Assembly (NCBI GenBank): GCA_964016885.1
Contig: OZ024742.1
Location: 215,884,001-215,948,000, forward strand
Origin: Eledone cirrhosa
Lineage: Eukaryota
Length of the DNA: 64,000 nucleotides
Direction: 5' to 3'
The notes under the pieces were generated by a model that was not told where the DNA came from, did not search any database, and worked only from the letters and a program-made list of their open reading frames with translations. The translations under genes and the position numbers were made by a program. This document shows positions 1-12,759 of this stretch, piece by piece (positions within the stretch are counted from its first letter, which is position 1; each line of letters begins with the position of its first letter).

Positions 1-3000
1 CTTCATCTTACCACTGGTTACTCTCTCCACTTATAATACCATCATCTTACCACTGGTTACTACATCCACTTATAATACCATTATCTTACCACTGGTTACT
101 ATCGCCACTTATAATACCATCATCTTACCACTGGTTATTACCTCCACTTATAATACCATTATCTGAACACTGGTTACTACCTCCACTTATAATACCATTA
201 TCTTACCACTGGTTACTACCTCCACTTATAATACCATTATCTTACCACTGGTTACTATCTCCACTTATAATACCATCATCTTACCACTGGTTACTCTCGC
301 CACTTATAATACCATCATCTTACCACTGGTTACTCTCGCCACCTATAATACCATTATCTTACCACTGGTTACTACCACCACTTATAATACCATCATCCTA
401 ACACTGGTTACTATCTCCACTTATAATACCATCATCTTACCGCCGGTTACTCTCGCCTCTTATAATACCACCATCTTACCACTGGTTACTCTCTTCACTT
501 ATAATACCATCATCATACCACTGGTTACTACCACCACTTATAATACCATTATCTTACCACTGGTTACTCTCGCCACTTATAATACCATCATCTTACCACT
601 GGTTACTCTCGCCACCTATAATACCATTATCTTACCACTGGTTACTACCACCACTTATAATACCATCATCCTAACACTGGTTACTATCTCCACTTATAAT
701 ACCATCATCTTACCGCCGGTTACTCTCGCCTCTTATAATACCACCATCTTACCACTGGTTACTCTCTTCACTTATAATACCATCATCATACCACTGGTTA
801 CTACCACCACTTATAATACCATCATCTTACCACTGGTTACTCTCTCCAGTTATAATACCATCATCTTACCACTGGTTACTCTATCCACTTATAATACCAT
901 CATCTTACCACTGGTTACTCTATCCACTTATAATACCATCATCTTACCACTGGTTACTCTCTCCAGTTATAATACCATCATCTTACCACTGGTTACTATC
1001 GCCACTTATAATACCATCATCTTACCACTGGTTATTACCTCCACTTATAATACCATTATCTGAACACTGGTTACTACCTCCACTTATAATACCATTATCT
1101 TACCACTGGTTACTACCTCCACTTATAATACCATTATCTTACCACTGGTTACTATCTCCACTTATAATACCATCATCTTACCACTGGTTACTCTCGCCAC
1201 TTATAATACCATCATCTTACCACTGGTTACTCTCGCCACCTATAATACCATTATCTTACCACTGGTTACTACCACCACTTATAATACCATCATCCTAACA
1301 CTGGTTACTATCTCCACTTATAATACCATCATCTTACCACTGGTTACTCTCGCCTCTTATAATACCACCATCTTACCACTGGTTACTCTCTTCACTTATA
1401 ATACCATCATCATACCACTGGTTACTACCACCACTTATAATACCATTATCTTACCACTGGTTACTCTCGCCACCTATAATACCATTATCTTATCACTGGT
1501 TACTCTCTCCACTTATAATACCATCATTCTACCACTGGTTACTCTCGCCACTTATAATACCATCATCTTACCACTGGTTACTCTCGCCACCTATAATACC
1601 ATCATCTTACCACTGGTTACTCTCGCCACTTATAATACCATCATCTTACCACTGGTTATTCTCGCCACCTATAATACCATTATCTTACCACTGGTTACTA
1701 CCACCACTTATAATACCATCATCCTAACACTGGTTACTATCTCCACTTATAATACCATCATCTTACCACTGGTCACTCTCGCCACTTATAATACCATCAT
1801 CTTACCACTGGTTACTCTCTTCACTTATAATACCATCATCCTACCACTGGTTACTACCACCACTTATAATACCATTATCTTACCACTGGTTACTCTCTCC
1901 ACTTATAATACCATCATCTTACCACTGCTTACTCTCGCCACTTATAATACCATCATCTTACCACTGGTTACTACCAACACTTATAATACCATCATCTTAC
2001 CACTGGTTACTATCTCCACTTATAATACCATCATCTTACCACTGGTTACTACCTCCACTTATAATACCATCATCTTACCACTGGTTACTACCACCACTTA
2101 TAATACCATCATCTTACCACTGGTTACTACCTCCACTTATAATACGATCATCTTACCACTGGTTACTCTCGCCACTTATAATACCATCATCTTACCAGTG
2201 GTTACTACCTCCACTTATAATACCATCATCTTACCAATGGTTACTACCAACACTTATAATACCATCATCTTACCACTGGTTACTATCTCCACTTATAATA
2301 CCATCATCTTTCCACTGGTTACTCTCTCCACTTATAATACCATCATCTTACCACTGGTTACTACCACCACTTATAATACCATCATCTTACCACTGGTTAC
2401 TACCACCACTTATAATACCATCATCTTACCACTGGTTACTACCTCCACTTATAATACCATCATATTACCACTGGTTACTACCTCCACTTATAATACCATC
2501 ATCTTACCACTGGTTACTACCGCCACTTATAATACCTTCATCTTACCACTGGTTACTATCTCCACTTATAATACCATCATCTTACCACTGGTTACTCTCT
2601 CCACTTATAATACCATCATCTTACCACTGGTTACTCTCTCCACTTATAATACCATTATCTTACCACTGGTTACTACCGCCACTTATAATACCTTCATCTT
2701 ACCACTGGTTACTATCTCCACTTATAATACCATCATCTTACCACTGGTTACTCTCTCCACTTATAATACCATCATCTTACCACTGGTTACTCTCTCCACT
2801 TATAATACCATCATCTTACCACTGGTTACTACCTCCACTTATAATACCATCATCTTACCACTGGTTACTCTCTCCACTTATAATACCATCATCTTACCAC
2901 TGGTTACTACCTCCACTTATAATACCATCATCTTACCACTGGTTACTCTCTCCACTTATAATACCATCATCTTACCACTGGTTACTCTCTCCACTTATAA

Positions 3001-3186
3001 TACCTTCATCTTACCACTGGTTACTATCTCCACTTATAATACCATCATCTTACCACTGGTTACTCTCTCCACTTATAATACCATCATCTTACCACTGGTT
3101 ACTCTCTCCACTTATAATACCATCATCTTACCACTGGTTACTACCTCCACTTATAATACCATCATCTTACCACTGGTTACTATCGC
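1..3186. repeat. 39-bp minisatellite array, about 81 units, running off the window start
   Basis: Unit ttaccactggttactctctccacttataataccatcatc. Rare variants recur at offsets of 897 (23 units) and 273 (7 units). Confidence 0.95.
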
Positions 3187-3410
3187 CTGCAGTCACGGAC
3201 ACTATAACCATTACCAGACTTGTTGCCGGTATCAATACCACCAGAAATATCACAACCACACCCCAACGGCGTCATGTTACACTGGCACCAACAAACTATA
3301 CCGCCACTATAGCACCAGTGTCAACTATACAGCCCCACCCTCGGATATATGCTGGCAAGCAACAGCTTCACTCAAAACCAGTCCACCACACCTTCAAATT
3401 AACACACATG

Positions 3411-3441
3411 GTGATGTTATCGATGATGATGATGATAATCC

Positions 3442-3487
<46 letters not shown>

Positions 3488-3614
3488 AAACATTATGAAA
3501 TGAGGAGGCGGATGATGATAATGATGATGAGGAGGCGGATGATGATGAAGATGATAACGAACATGTTATCAATTTCGCTTATTCGCAATTATTAACACTG
3601 CCATCAGTGACTTC

Positions 3615-3647
<33 letters not shown>

Positions 3648-3680
3648 GTCATCCCCATCAACAAATATATCATCATCATC
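3411..3680. repeat. (GAT)n and (CAT)n microsatellites
   Basis: Read directly from the sequence. Confidence 0.9.
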
Positions 3681-3914
3681 GCCAGCATAATCGCCCTCAT
3701 CAAAGAGAAGATCAAAGCAGATTCTAGCAATGTCATTTAGCTGTGTTGATCGGTCTGGGTTTTAAATCCTTCTTCAAGAAATAAAATAAAAAACAGTGAA
3801 AATGTAGATTAAAAAATTGAACTTTTAAATCTCGGTAGTATCAATACTAAACATATACTCAGGGAGATTCCTGCCACCTGATATATATATATATATATGT
3901 GTGTGTGTGCGTGC

Positions 3915-3983
<69 letters not shown>

Positions 3984-4081
3984 AGTGTGTGTGAGTGTTT
4001 GTGTGAGTGTGTGTATGCGTGTGTGTGCGTGTGTGTATTATATAAGCAACATGACCCTCCCAAAGTATAACAATATATATA

Positions 4082-4140
<59 letters not shown>

Positions 4141-4143
<3 letters not shown>

Positions 4144-4538
4144 AAATTAAAATTAAGGGTCGTCATGTCTGAGAGACATGCGCCATATCCACTGTAGAAT
4201 AAGCTCAAAGATTAGATCCGAGCATTATATATCAACTAGAAATAGATTGACATATATATATATAAAATAAACATATGAAACAATCACAGGGAATAATTTG
4301 TAAAGAATGTAAGCACACATAGCTAGGTAGGTAACTAATTAAAGTTTAACTAGAACTTCAAATATAGATACCTTTTAAAATGATTAATCATTTTAAAAGG
4401 TATCTATATTTGAAGTTCTAGTTAAACTTTAATTAATTACCTACCTAGCTATGTGTGCTTACATTCTTTACAAATTATTCCCTGTGATTGTTTCATATCT
4501 TTATTTTATATATATATATGTCAATCTATTTCTAGTTG

Positions 4539-4545
<7 letters not shown>
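4141..4545. mobile_element. Spacer-less fold-back element (arms of about 160 bp) with an 85-bp one-sided tail, inside (TA)n; probably PLE pLTR-derived
   Basis: 4226-4385 is the near-perfect reverse complement of 4386-4545, with axis tgatt|aatca. (TA)n on both sides. Confidence 0.75.
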
Positions 4546-4602
<57 letters not shown>

Positions 4603-4644
4603 ATAATAAAAAAGGACGATTTGTTGTTTTCATTACGTTTATTG

Positions 4645-4682
4645 AGTAGTGACATGCGTTTCGCTATTGATCAGCTCATGGT
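4645..4682 (-). ncRNA. Degenerate type I hammerhead motif
   Basis: Minus strand ccATGA-GCTgatcaatAGC-GAAAC-gcat-GTC, then aataaa. The CUG of the core is missing. Confidence 0.4.
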
Positions 4683-4908
4683 TCGATCTGTATCGATCTA
4701 GCCCGACGCTGGAATCAAAAGCTCGTCGAACTTTTGTTGTGGTAATGATAGAATGAACCTCTTTGGGTTTATTATTATTATGACACTCTTCTTAGTACTA
4801 CACCTCTATACCTATTGGAAACTACGCATCGAGTGCTCTCTCTGGTGAACCTACAGTAACTGGACGTTACAATCCATATATATACAAACACACACACACA
4901 CACATATA

Positions 4909-4939
<31 letters not shown>

Positions 4940-4940
4940 C

Positions 4941-5005
<65 letters not shown>

Positions 5006-5876
5006 ATAAAACGTTTGAATCATGAAGCATTGGGTAACGTAGAAATGTGAAAACCGTGCGACCCAGCGCAAGTTACCACAATAATAATCGATCTCTATTA
5101 ATTGGATTAAGCACATCTGGAGAGAGAGAAAAACATGGATGTACGTGCCCCTGTCCATTTTGTTCCTATATGGGATTACTTTACCTGGTCATCACAGCTA
5201 TATATATTTATCAACTATAATTATTGTTATTTGCTTGTTTCGCACAAATTTCATACCAACATGAGAACATGTAACAAAAAAAGCTTGATATACTCTTCCC
5301 CTAGCCCAAGCTTGCGACCTATAACTTTAAAGTTTATCTCGTGTACTCACAGCAGCATCGTCAGTGAGAACACAGTAAAAACTCCAGCCTAAAAATACTC
5401 AAACTTGGCCTTAATAAAGTATATATATAGAGAGGGAGAGCGGTGGGGAATGTTAGAGACAAATATTTGGAAGTGCTAAAATGAAGAGCAAACCTATATT
5501 TATCATATTAATTTCGGTGTAATTGACTAAATTCCAATGGCTCTGGCAAAGTCTATAATTTTCCTCTGTTTTTGTACTTCGTGAAAGTATCTTTTAAGTT
5601 CTAGATTCAACGTTGAAGTAACCGCAACCATACACCTCTTCTGAAATTTGTTGTCATTTAAATTGTTGCAGATATGGCAATATCGGTAGGCTGGCTGGCA
5701 AAATAACACGTGGCATTATATTACGTCCCTTTAATTTCCGAGTTCAAATTCCGCTTTTCACTTTGTCCACCTACGGTGGTTATGATAATGTAGCAGTCGA
5801 TTGAAGACGATTTTATCAACATCATCTTTCCACCTAACACCTGTAGCATCTTGTACTTGATAGTAATAGTTATTAT

Positions 5877-6065
5877 GGTGGATAGGCAGTATCTGTAGAG
5901 GATCGGATGCGATGCTCAGCTACAGGGAGTTACGTCCCTTTACTGCCTGAGTTCATATCCTACCGACGTTAACTTTGTCTTTCATCCTTATGGGGAAGAT
6001 AAAATAAAGTTACAGTAATACACTGGCGTAATTGCTGACCTTGTGCCAAATGTAGAAACAATTAT
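5877..6065 (+). mobile_element. tRNA-derived SINE (octopus OK/OR-like), diverged
   Basis: A-box-like ggcagtatc..gtagag head, B-box-like gagttca, body aactttg(c)ctttcatcc..gataaaataaag, tail gtagaaacaatt. Confidence 0.75.
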
Positions 6066-6737
6066 TATTTGTATTATGCTCCTCTCATTTTGCTTTTTGG
6101 GTTGATGAATTCTCAGAATGGAAAAAGTAATGACTAAATGCCATGTGCTCCTTTAACTGGCTCTCTATTTTCTGTGCTCAAATTCGATAGCAGTATCGGT
6201 GAAATCTAGTTTTCTTTTCCACACAAATTATTGGCCTTGTATCAGACAACATTGTATTCGCAGAACTAATGGTGTGCTGAGAAAATATGTCACGTAGTTC
6301 TAATTTGAATTCTTGGCAAATTCAACTTCCAGTTTGATAAAATGAATTACTGGTTAAAAGGTTCTGTGGTCGAATCAATCGAATATTTATCTGCTCTAAA
6401 TTTCAACCTTGCGTTTATATCAGAAATTGTTTTTAATACCCAAAAATGTGGAATCATAAAATCCTATCTTAGAGTGGTTATTACTGCGCCGAATCAGTTG
6501 AGTGACTGCTACATTGCCGTGCCGTATTCCGGTAGATGTTATTTTGGTATGTGCTCGTATCCGACCTAGGCGGAATTTACTTTACTTTCTTCGGGAATCA
6601 ATAAAATATATACTTGTGAAGGTCTAAGGCCGTTATAATCAAGTTACCCCTGCAAAACATTAATATAATCAACTATACTCTCTCACATATATTTGATAAA
6701 TCATTAATAATATTTTTATTATTACTCATCATATTAT

Positions 6738-7125
6738 AGGGCGGTAGATTGGCAATAGTGCGGTGGATTGGCAGTAGCTGTAGAGGGTCGGACGCCATGC
6801 TTTGACGCATTGAGTTACGGCCCTTGCCATTCTGAGTCGAGATCAACTTTGCCTTTCATCCTTACGGGGTCGATAAAATAAAGTACCAGTAATACACTGT
6901 GTAATTACTGGCCTTGTGCCAAAAGTAGAAACAATTATTACTCATCATATTATCGGTAGATGGTCGGACGCTATGCTTTTCAGTATAGAGTTACGCCCCT
7001 TTACGGTCTGAGTTAAAATCCCGCCGACGTTAACTTTGCCTTTAATCCTTCTGAAATCGATAAAATAAAGTACCAGTAATGCACTGGCATAATTGCTGGC
7101 CTTGTTCCAAAAATAGAAACAATTA
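6738..7125 (+). mobile_element. Two tandem tRNA-derived SINE copies
   Basis: Both match the 11253-11440 copy and end ggccttgt(g/t)ccaaaa.tagaaacaatt. Confidence 0.85.
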
Positions 7126-7464
7126 TTACTCATCATATTTTATAACTTCCAATGTTCTCAGTGACCATAAGATATTTCTATGTTGTTGCTTGCCCTGCAT
7201 GAAATAGCTGCCTCAATCAAATATCACCAGTTTGTAGTATATTGAAAGAAAGGTGAACAGTCACAATTAGAATATCATTGATATTAATGGGAGCTTCAGT
7301 GTGGATGAATTGGGTTTGAATATTAACAGTAAGTGCAACAATTAATCATATGAATATTGTGGTTTTAACTGATGTTTTATGATGGAGGGAAGGAGTGTGA
7401 CTTGGAAGAAGGAGATAGTGTGAGATAGTGTGAGATAGCTCCACACACAAATAAACTCACACAG

Positions 7465-7570
<106 letters not shown>

Positions 7571-8684
7571 GTGTGTGTGCGGGCGTGAGACAATGAGAGG
7601 GAAAGAGAAGAATGGAAGAGAAGAGTCAAGTCTCGTATGTGAATGTTATGTTAATTTGTCAATATAAAAGGTGGAAATGCAAAATTAATCTAGTCAGACT
7701 ATGGATTCAGAGAGCAAAGAACCAGAACAAATACCATAAAATATTCCTCTAACTCTCTCAAGACAACCACGCGTCTAATATGTGATACTATTTTATGGTT
7801 TTGAATTTTGTTTGTATTAATTGCATTTTATAGTCTCCCAGAAGCAATCATTAAGGCCGGTTACATATTGCATCACGCTGAGGTTATGCTGTTCTTCCAA
7901 TACTGTTTATACTAGGCATTCGTTTTAGGAATATAAAACCAAGTGCTGAATTATTAGAGTCGTTAGTACTTTTCGTAGTAGGTATCTATTAAAACACATG
8001 CACACATTCATACATTCATATATACATACATACACATATATATTCATACATATATTCATACCTACATATGAAGCACGACGTATAGCAGATAATAATAGCT
8101 TTATTAGCTTTATTATATAGAAACTACGTAATCTGGCAGAGGCAGCTTCATAGCGTCGTCTTCCTTATTTGGTTACTGTTGCTGTACATGCTCGGTTTAC
8201 CGAATTTGGGAAGGTATATGTTCCACGTTCGCTTTACCGAATTTGGTGTGTGGTTCAAGGCTTGGTTTAGCAGGAGTCAAAAGATAAGTTTGGCGTTCGT
8301 TATAGGGCGTTTTTTCAGTGTTCTGTGGACAGATTGGTCTTGTTTATGTATACGTAATACACATATATACATACACACATATACATGCATAGATATATAC
8401 TTACACACTAATATGATATGATATATATTTCTCCCCCTCTCCCCCCTCTCTCTCTGTCTCTCTGCCTCTCTCTCTCTGCCTCACTCTTTGACTCTTTCTC
8501 TTTCTTTCTTCACACACACACACACACGCACACACACACACATATATATATACAAATATATATATACATATATAGATATATATATATATATATACAAACG
8601 CAATGAGTTATTTATGTGTTGGTTATTCAACAAATTTAGTTTATAACATATACTAAGCACTCTACAGTTTTTCTTCTGTAGTAT

Positions 8685-8960
8685 AATATCAATGATATTA
8701 AAAAATGGAATCTATCTTTATAAAACCATATTTATTTTATTATATATATTTCAAGCGTACCAACATTTTTGGTACGCTCTCATCAAATAAAATATAAAAG
8801 TTGTTTTACAGTTAGTGACATATTCTAGTTTTGAATATGTCACTATCTGTATTTTATCTGATGAGAGCGTGCCAAAAATGTTGGTACCCTTGAAATATAT
8901 ATAATAAAATAAATATAGTTTCATAAAGATAGTTTCCATTTATTAATATTATTGATATAT
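8685..8960. mobile_element. Fold-back pLTR pair with a hammerhead in each arm
   Basis: Axis gtgacatattc-tagtttt-gaatatgtcac near 8829. The arms of about 130 bp are reverse-complementary with scattered mismatches and one indel. Confidence 0.8.
8851..8910 (+). ncRNA. Type I hammerhead ribozyme (PLE-type), apparently intact
   Basis: attttat-CTGATGA-gagcgtgccaa..ttggtaccctt-GAAA-tatata-TA-ataaaat. Stem I is 7 bp, stem II is long, stem III is palindromic. The mirror copy on minus (about 8734-8793) has TTGATGA. Confidence 0.7.
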
Positions 8961-9021
8961 ATATATATACATATATTACTTCAAAATATTAATAAATATA
9001 GACATTCATGTGATCAAATAT

Positions 9022-9085
9022 ATTTTCTTATATATATTTCAGAGATACTGAGCTATTTCAACAGTACGTCCTCATCAGATAAAAT
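9022..9085 (-). ncRNA. Type I hammerhead ribozyme in pLTR
   Basis: attttat-CTGATGA-ggacgtactg..cagtatctct-GAAA-tatata-TA-agaaaat. Confidence 0.65.
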
Positions 9086-10339
9086 AAGTTGATTCCTGAC
9101 ATACTTTGACTATGTTGATAGTTATAAGTTAGTCATGGCAGTGATTAGTTATGACAAAACTCGATATTTATATACCTCAAATTGAAACATGAAAAATTAC
9201 ATATAATACAGAGGGTTCGTATGAGAATGTGTATAAAGATATATAAATAATTAATAATATATAATACATAAACTTATATAACTTTTAAAAATTTAAATAA
9301 TAATAATATATTCATACCTCATTATTCTTGATAGTGGAAGTGATAGAACGAGATAGCAAATCATGAGGAAAGAGAGAAAAAAAGAGGGAGAGATGATCGT
9401 AGGAACAAGATAAGGGAGAAATGATCAAATGATAGAGAGAGGAAAATAAGATATAATCAAAGGGAGTAAGATATGCATTGTAACATGTAAATAGCGTATA
9501 ATTAGATTGGGGGAAAGAATAATGCGTGTCCGTTTATTTTCAAATCTTAAGTTAATTGAAAATAGACAATTAATCAAATGACATAAGATTTTAGATTATA
9601 AAATTTTAAAGGATTTATATTATTGTATTATATCTGAGTTCAAGCAAATGTAACGTGAAAGAGATACATTTATGTCCATCATAACTCCAAAGGTATTCAC
9701 AAGTATATTTAAAAGTATATTAAATTCATAAAGCATTATAAATGTATTTAATAAGATATTATTAAACCAGATTTATCTAGATATACACATGTGTATAATT
9801 TATATATAGACTATAAATATTTAGGTTTAAGACGATATTAGTCACTTATATGTAGTATAATTACTGTTAAGAGTGTTATAAATTTAATTCAACTAGATTT
9901 TACTGTATTTAATATTTTACATCAATTTAAATATACAAAAAAAAAATTATCAACTTGGATCTAAGGAGTCTCTTATACTATAAATGTATAATCATATCCT
10001 CGTGAAACGTAAATAACCATTCAAAGTAATTAAACGGTTTACAAGCCTGAATACATTAAAGGTTTCAAATATATAAGATATAAGATTTAGGAAATACGAA
10101 AACCAAAATTAAATGTATTTAAACAATCTAAAGGTCATACGTACTCAACAAGAGATCAGAGTAACAATTTCAATGTTAAGGTAGAAGCCCTTAATCTAAT
10201 ATTAATAATAGTATAAATAATAAAAGCATTACAAGAATTTTTAATCTGAGACAATATTATTTCACACTCAGAGTTATTAATAAACGTTTAAATCATTTCA
10301 CATTTATTCAATGTTTTCCCCCTGATTTTTTGTGAAGCT

Positions 10340-11045
10340 TGGAATGTAGATGTAGCTTTGAGTGCAAGCAATTTAAGAATAATCCACTTTTTTGTTAATT
10401 AACTTCTCATAATTAGTAATTATTAATAGGGTCTCCAAATCACAAAGATTGCAGTTAGGTGATACGGAAGAATTAATGTAGACTTGGCTATTACAAAGTT
10501 TTCACCAAAATATTGAGTACTCTAAATGTTTGTCTTTCAAGGACCATATGAGTTGTAATAAAGAGTTGGAGAATTTCTTATCCGGATTCGAAAAAGAATG
10601 TTTGTGATTCAAATATCTTAATTTAAAGCTCGATGAGGTTGCTCCTATATAGTTGTAGGTGATGTTATTTGCTTTAACAGTACATTTATCAAGACAATTA
10701 TTTTGCAGAGGGCAATTCGATCTATTTCTACAGTTACATTTCAATTTACTGTTATTATTATAATTTAAACTGTACACGTTATAATTGCTAATAGTTGGAT
10801 GTGTTCTGTTGTGTGTGCATAAGTTAATGTTATTGTTATTCACAGTATCAATATTATTGCTAATGTTAATATTGCCATTATCCCTAATTGTTTGCTGGTT
10901 ATGATTAAGAATTCTACCATTTATTTTTGCAATTTTCTGTGCCATACTCATAGTTGTAGAGTAAGAAAGCTTAATTGTATGTCTATTGAATATAGAATAT
11001 GTGTACTGGGAAAGCATTTATCAAAAACCTTAAAGAATAAATGTG
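10340..11045 (-). pseudogene. PLE linker plus GIY-YIG endonuclease remnant (Naiad-like)
   Basis: FKVFDKCFPSTH / IFNRHTIKLSYS..CNCRNRSNCPLQNNCL..YIGATSSSFKLRYLNHKHSF..IWSLKDK..W*KLC..CNLCDLE..LINK / KSGLFLNCLH. Two frameshifts and an in-frame TGA. Confidence 0.85.
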
Positions 11046-11252
11046 TTACAATGCATATCTTACCCCCTTTGATTAGACGATTTAACTTATTTTCCTCTCG
11101 CTATCATTTGATCATTTCTCCCTTCTCCTGTTCCTACGATCACATCTCCTTCTTTTTTTCTGTCTTTCCTCATGATTTGCTATCTAGATCTATCACTTCC
11201 ACTATCAACAATAATGAGGTATGAATATATTATTATTATTTAAATTTTTAAA

Positions 11253-11440
11253 GGGCGGTGAATTGGCAGTATCGGTAGAGGGTTGGATGCCATACGTTCT
11301 AGCATAGTTACGTCCCTTTACAGTCTGAGTTCAAATCCCGCCGAGGTTAACTTTGCCTTTCATCCTTACGGGGTCGATAAAACAAAGTACCAGTAATGTA
11401 CTGGGTAATTGCTGGCCTTGTGCCTAAAGTAGAAACAATT
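11253..11440 (+). mobile_element. Full-length tRNA-derived SINE with a target-site duplication of about 20 bp
   Basis: attattatttaaatttttaa lies on both sides. The sister pLTR (about 9285-9305, minus) shows the empty site. Confidence 0.92.
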
Positions 11441-11660
11441 ATTATTTAAATTTTTAACAGTTATATAAGTTTATGTATTATATATTATTAATTATTTATA
11501 TATCTTTTTACACATTCTCATACGCACCCTCTGTATTATATGTAATGTTTCATGTTTCAATATAAGGTATATAAATATCGAGTTTTGTCATTAGTAATCA
11601 CTGCCATGACTAAATTATAACCATCAACATAGTCAATGTATGTCAGGCATCAACTTAGTG

Positions 11661-11720
11661 TATCTGATGAGGACGTACTGTTGAAATAGCTCACTATCTC
11701 TGAAATATGTATAATAAAAT
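11661..11720 (+). ncRNA. Type I hammerhead in the inverted pLTR (slightly decayed)
   Basis: tat-CTGATGA-ggacgtactg..cactatctct-GAAA-tatgta-TA-ataaaat. Confidence 0.55.
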
Positions 11721-11857
11721 ATATTTAATCACATGAATGTCTATATTTATTAATATTTTGAAGTAATATTAATAACTCCAGACGACTTTAACTGTAGAGT
11801 GCTTATATCCAATTGTGAAACTTTATTCATTGATGACTTCATTGAACCTTGTTAAAC

Positions 11858-11947
<90 letters not shown>

Positions 11948-12085
11948 ATACTTTGGGAGGGTCATGTTGCCAATAAGAAACACACGCACCAGTTGCTTTC
12001 ACTTCAATTTATTATATATTTATAAATTTATAAATTTCTGGTTGGTTGGTTGGTTGGTTCCACAACCAGATAGTTGTTTATATAT

Positions 12086-12130
12086 AGTCATAGTTCTTTC
12101 GTCACACACTCTGTGACATCTTCAGTGACT
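12086..12130 (-). ncRNA. Minimal type I hammerhead ribozyme
   Basis: agtca-CTGAAGA-tGTCACAgagtgTGTGAC-GAAA-gaac-TA-tgact. Confidence 0.75.
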
Positions 12131-12496
12131 GGGGATTCCTTTCTTTGTTTCTGTGCCTCTCCTTTGTTCTGTCCTACGCCATTTTGTTTCTGTGTGTGTG
12201 CTGTGCGCTCAGTCTGCGCATGCGCCACATCCGGGTGTCTGTGTGTGTTTATGTTCATTTATTTATTTGTTTATTTACATGTTACTGGTTGGTTGTTTGT
12301 TCTATGTGTGAATAGACAAATAAATAAACAAATAAATAAATGAACAATAAATAAACAAATAAATAAATGAACATAAACACACACAGACACCCGGATGTAG
12401 CGCATGCGCAGACTGAGCACACAACACACACACACAGAAACAAAATGGCGTAGGACAGAACAAAGGAGAGGCACAGAAACAAAGAAAGGAATCCCC

Positions 12497-12541
12497 AGTC
12501 ACTGAAGAGGTCACAGAGTGTGTGACGAAAGAACTATGACT
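12497..12541 (+). ncRNA. Minimal type I hammerhead ribozyme
   Basis: agtca-CTGAAGA-gGTCACAgagtgTGTGAC-GAAA-gaac-TA-tgact. Stem I 5 bp, stem II 6 bp, CUA cleavage triplet. Confidence 0.78.
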
Positions 12542-12759
12542 ATATATAAACAACTATCTGGTTGTGGAACCAACCAACCAACCAGAAATTTATAAATTTA
12601 TAAATTTATAAATATATAATAAATTGAAGTGAAAGCAACTGGTGCGTGTGTTTCTTATTGGCAACATGACCCTCCCAGAGTATAACAATATCGGTTTCAA
12701 CACACGATTTCAGATAAAGAATCTTGCTAAACAAATTCAGATACGAAATATATATAAAT

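Larger units (their letters stand above)
8975..11768 (-). mobile_element. 5'-truncated Penelope-like element (Naiad-like) flanked by inverted pseudo-LTRs of about 510 bp
   Basis: 8975-9484 is reverse-complementary to 11045-11768 once the inserted SINE is removed. An internal GIY-YIG remnant is present, with an HHR in each pLTR. Confidence 0.85.
11941..12750. mobile_element. Non-coding fold-back element (family A): inverted arms of about 335 bp, short spacer, 60-bp one-sided tail, in (TA)n
   Basis: Begins tattgttatactttgggagggtcatgttgc and ends gcaacatgaccctcccagagtataacaata. Arms are nearly identical. Tail at 12691-12750. Confidence 0.9.

Noticed and set aside
2198-3595. 465-aa ORF as a real protein
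   Set aside because: It is a stop-free frame of the 39-bp minisatellite plus (GAT)n, with a GTG start; the same frame has stops upstream.
10502-10504. In-frame TGA as selenocysteine
   Set aside because: It follows Trp at a position where I would not expect Cys, and the copy has other disabling frameshifts. Only a family consensus could rescue the idea.
11253-11350. tRNA gene
   Set aside because: A- and B-box-like motifs belong to a SINE head with shared body, tail and TSD; no cloverleaf was seen.
11941-12690. Fold-backs as classical MITEs or assembly artefacts
   Set aside because: One-sided tails and hammerheads point to PLEs. Arm mismatches, a SINE in one arm at 11253 and recurrent architecture argue against artefact, though only reads can exclude it for the perfect palindromes.
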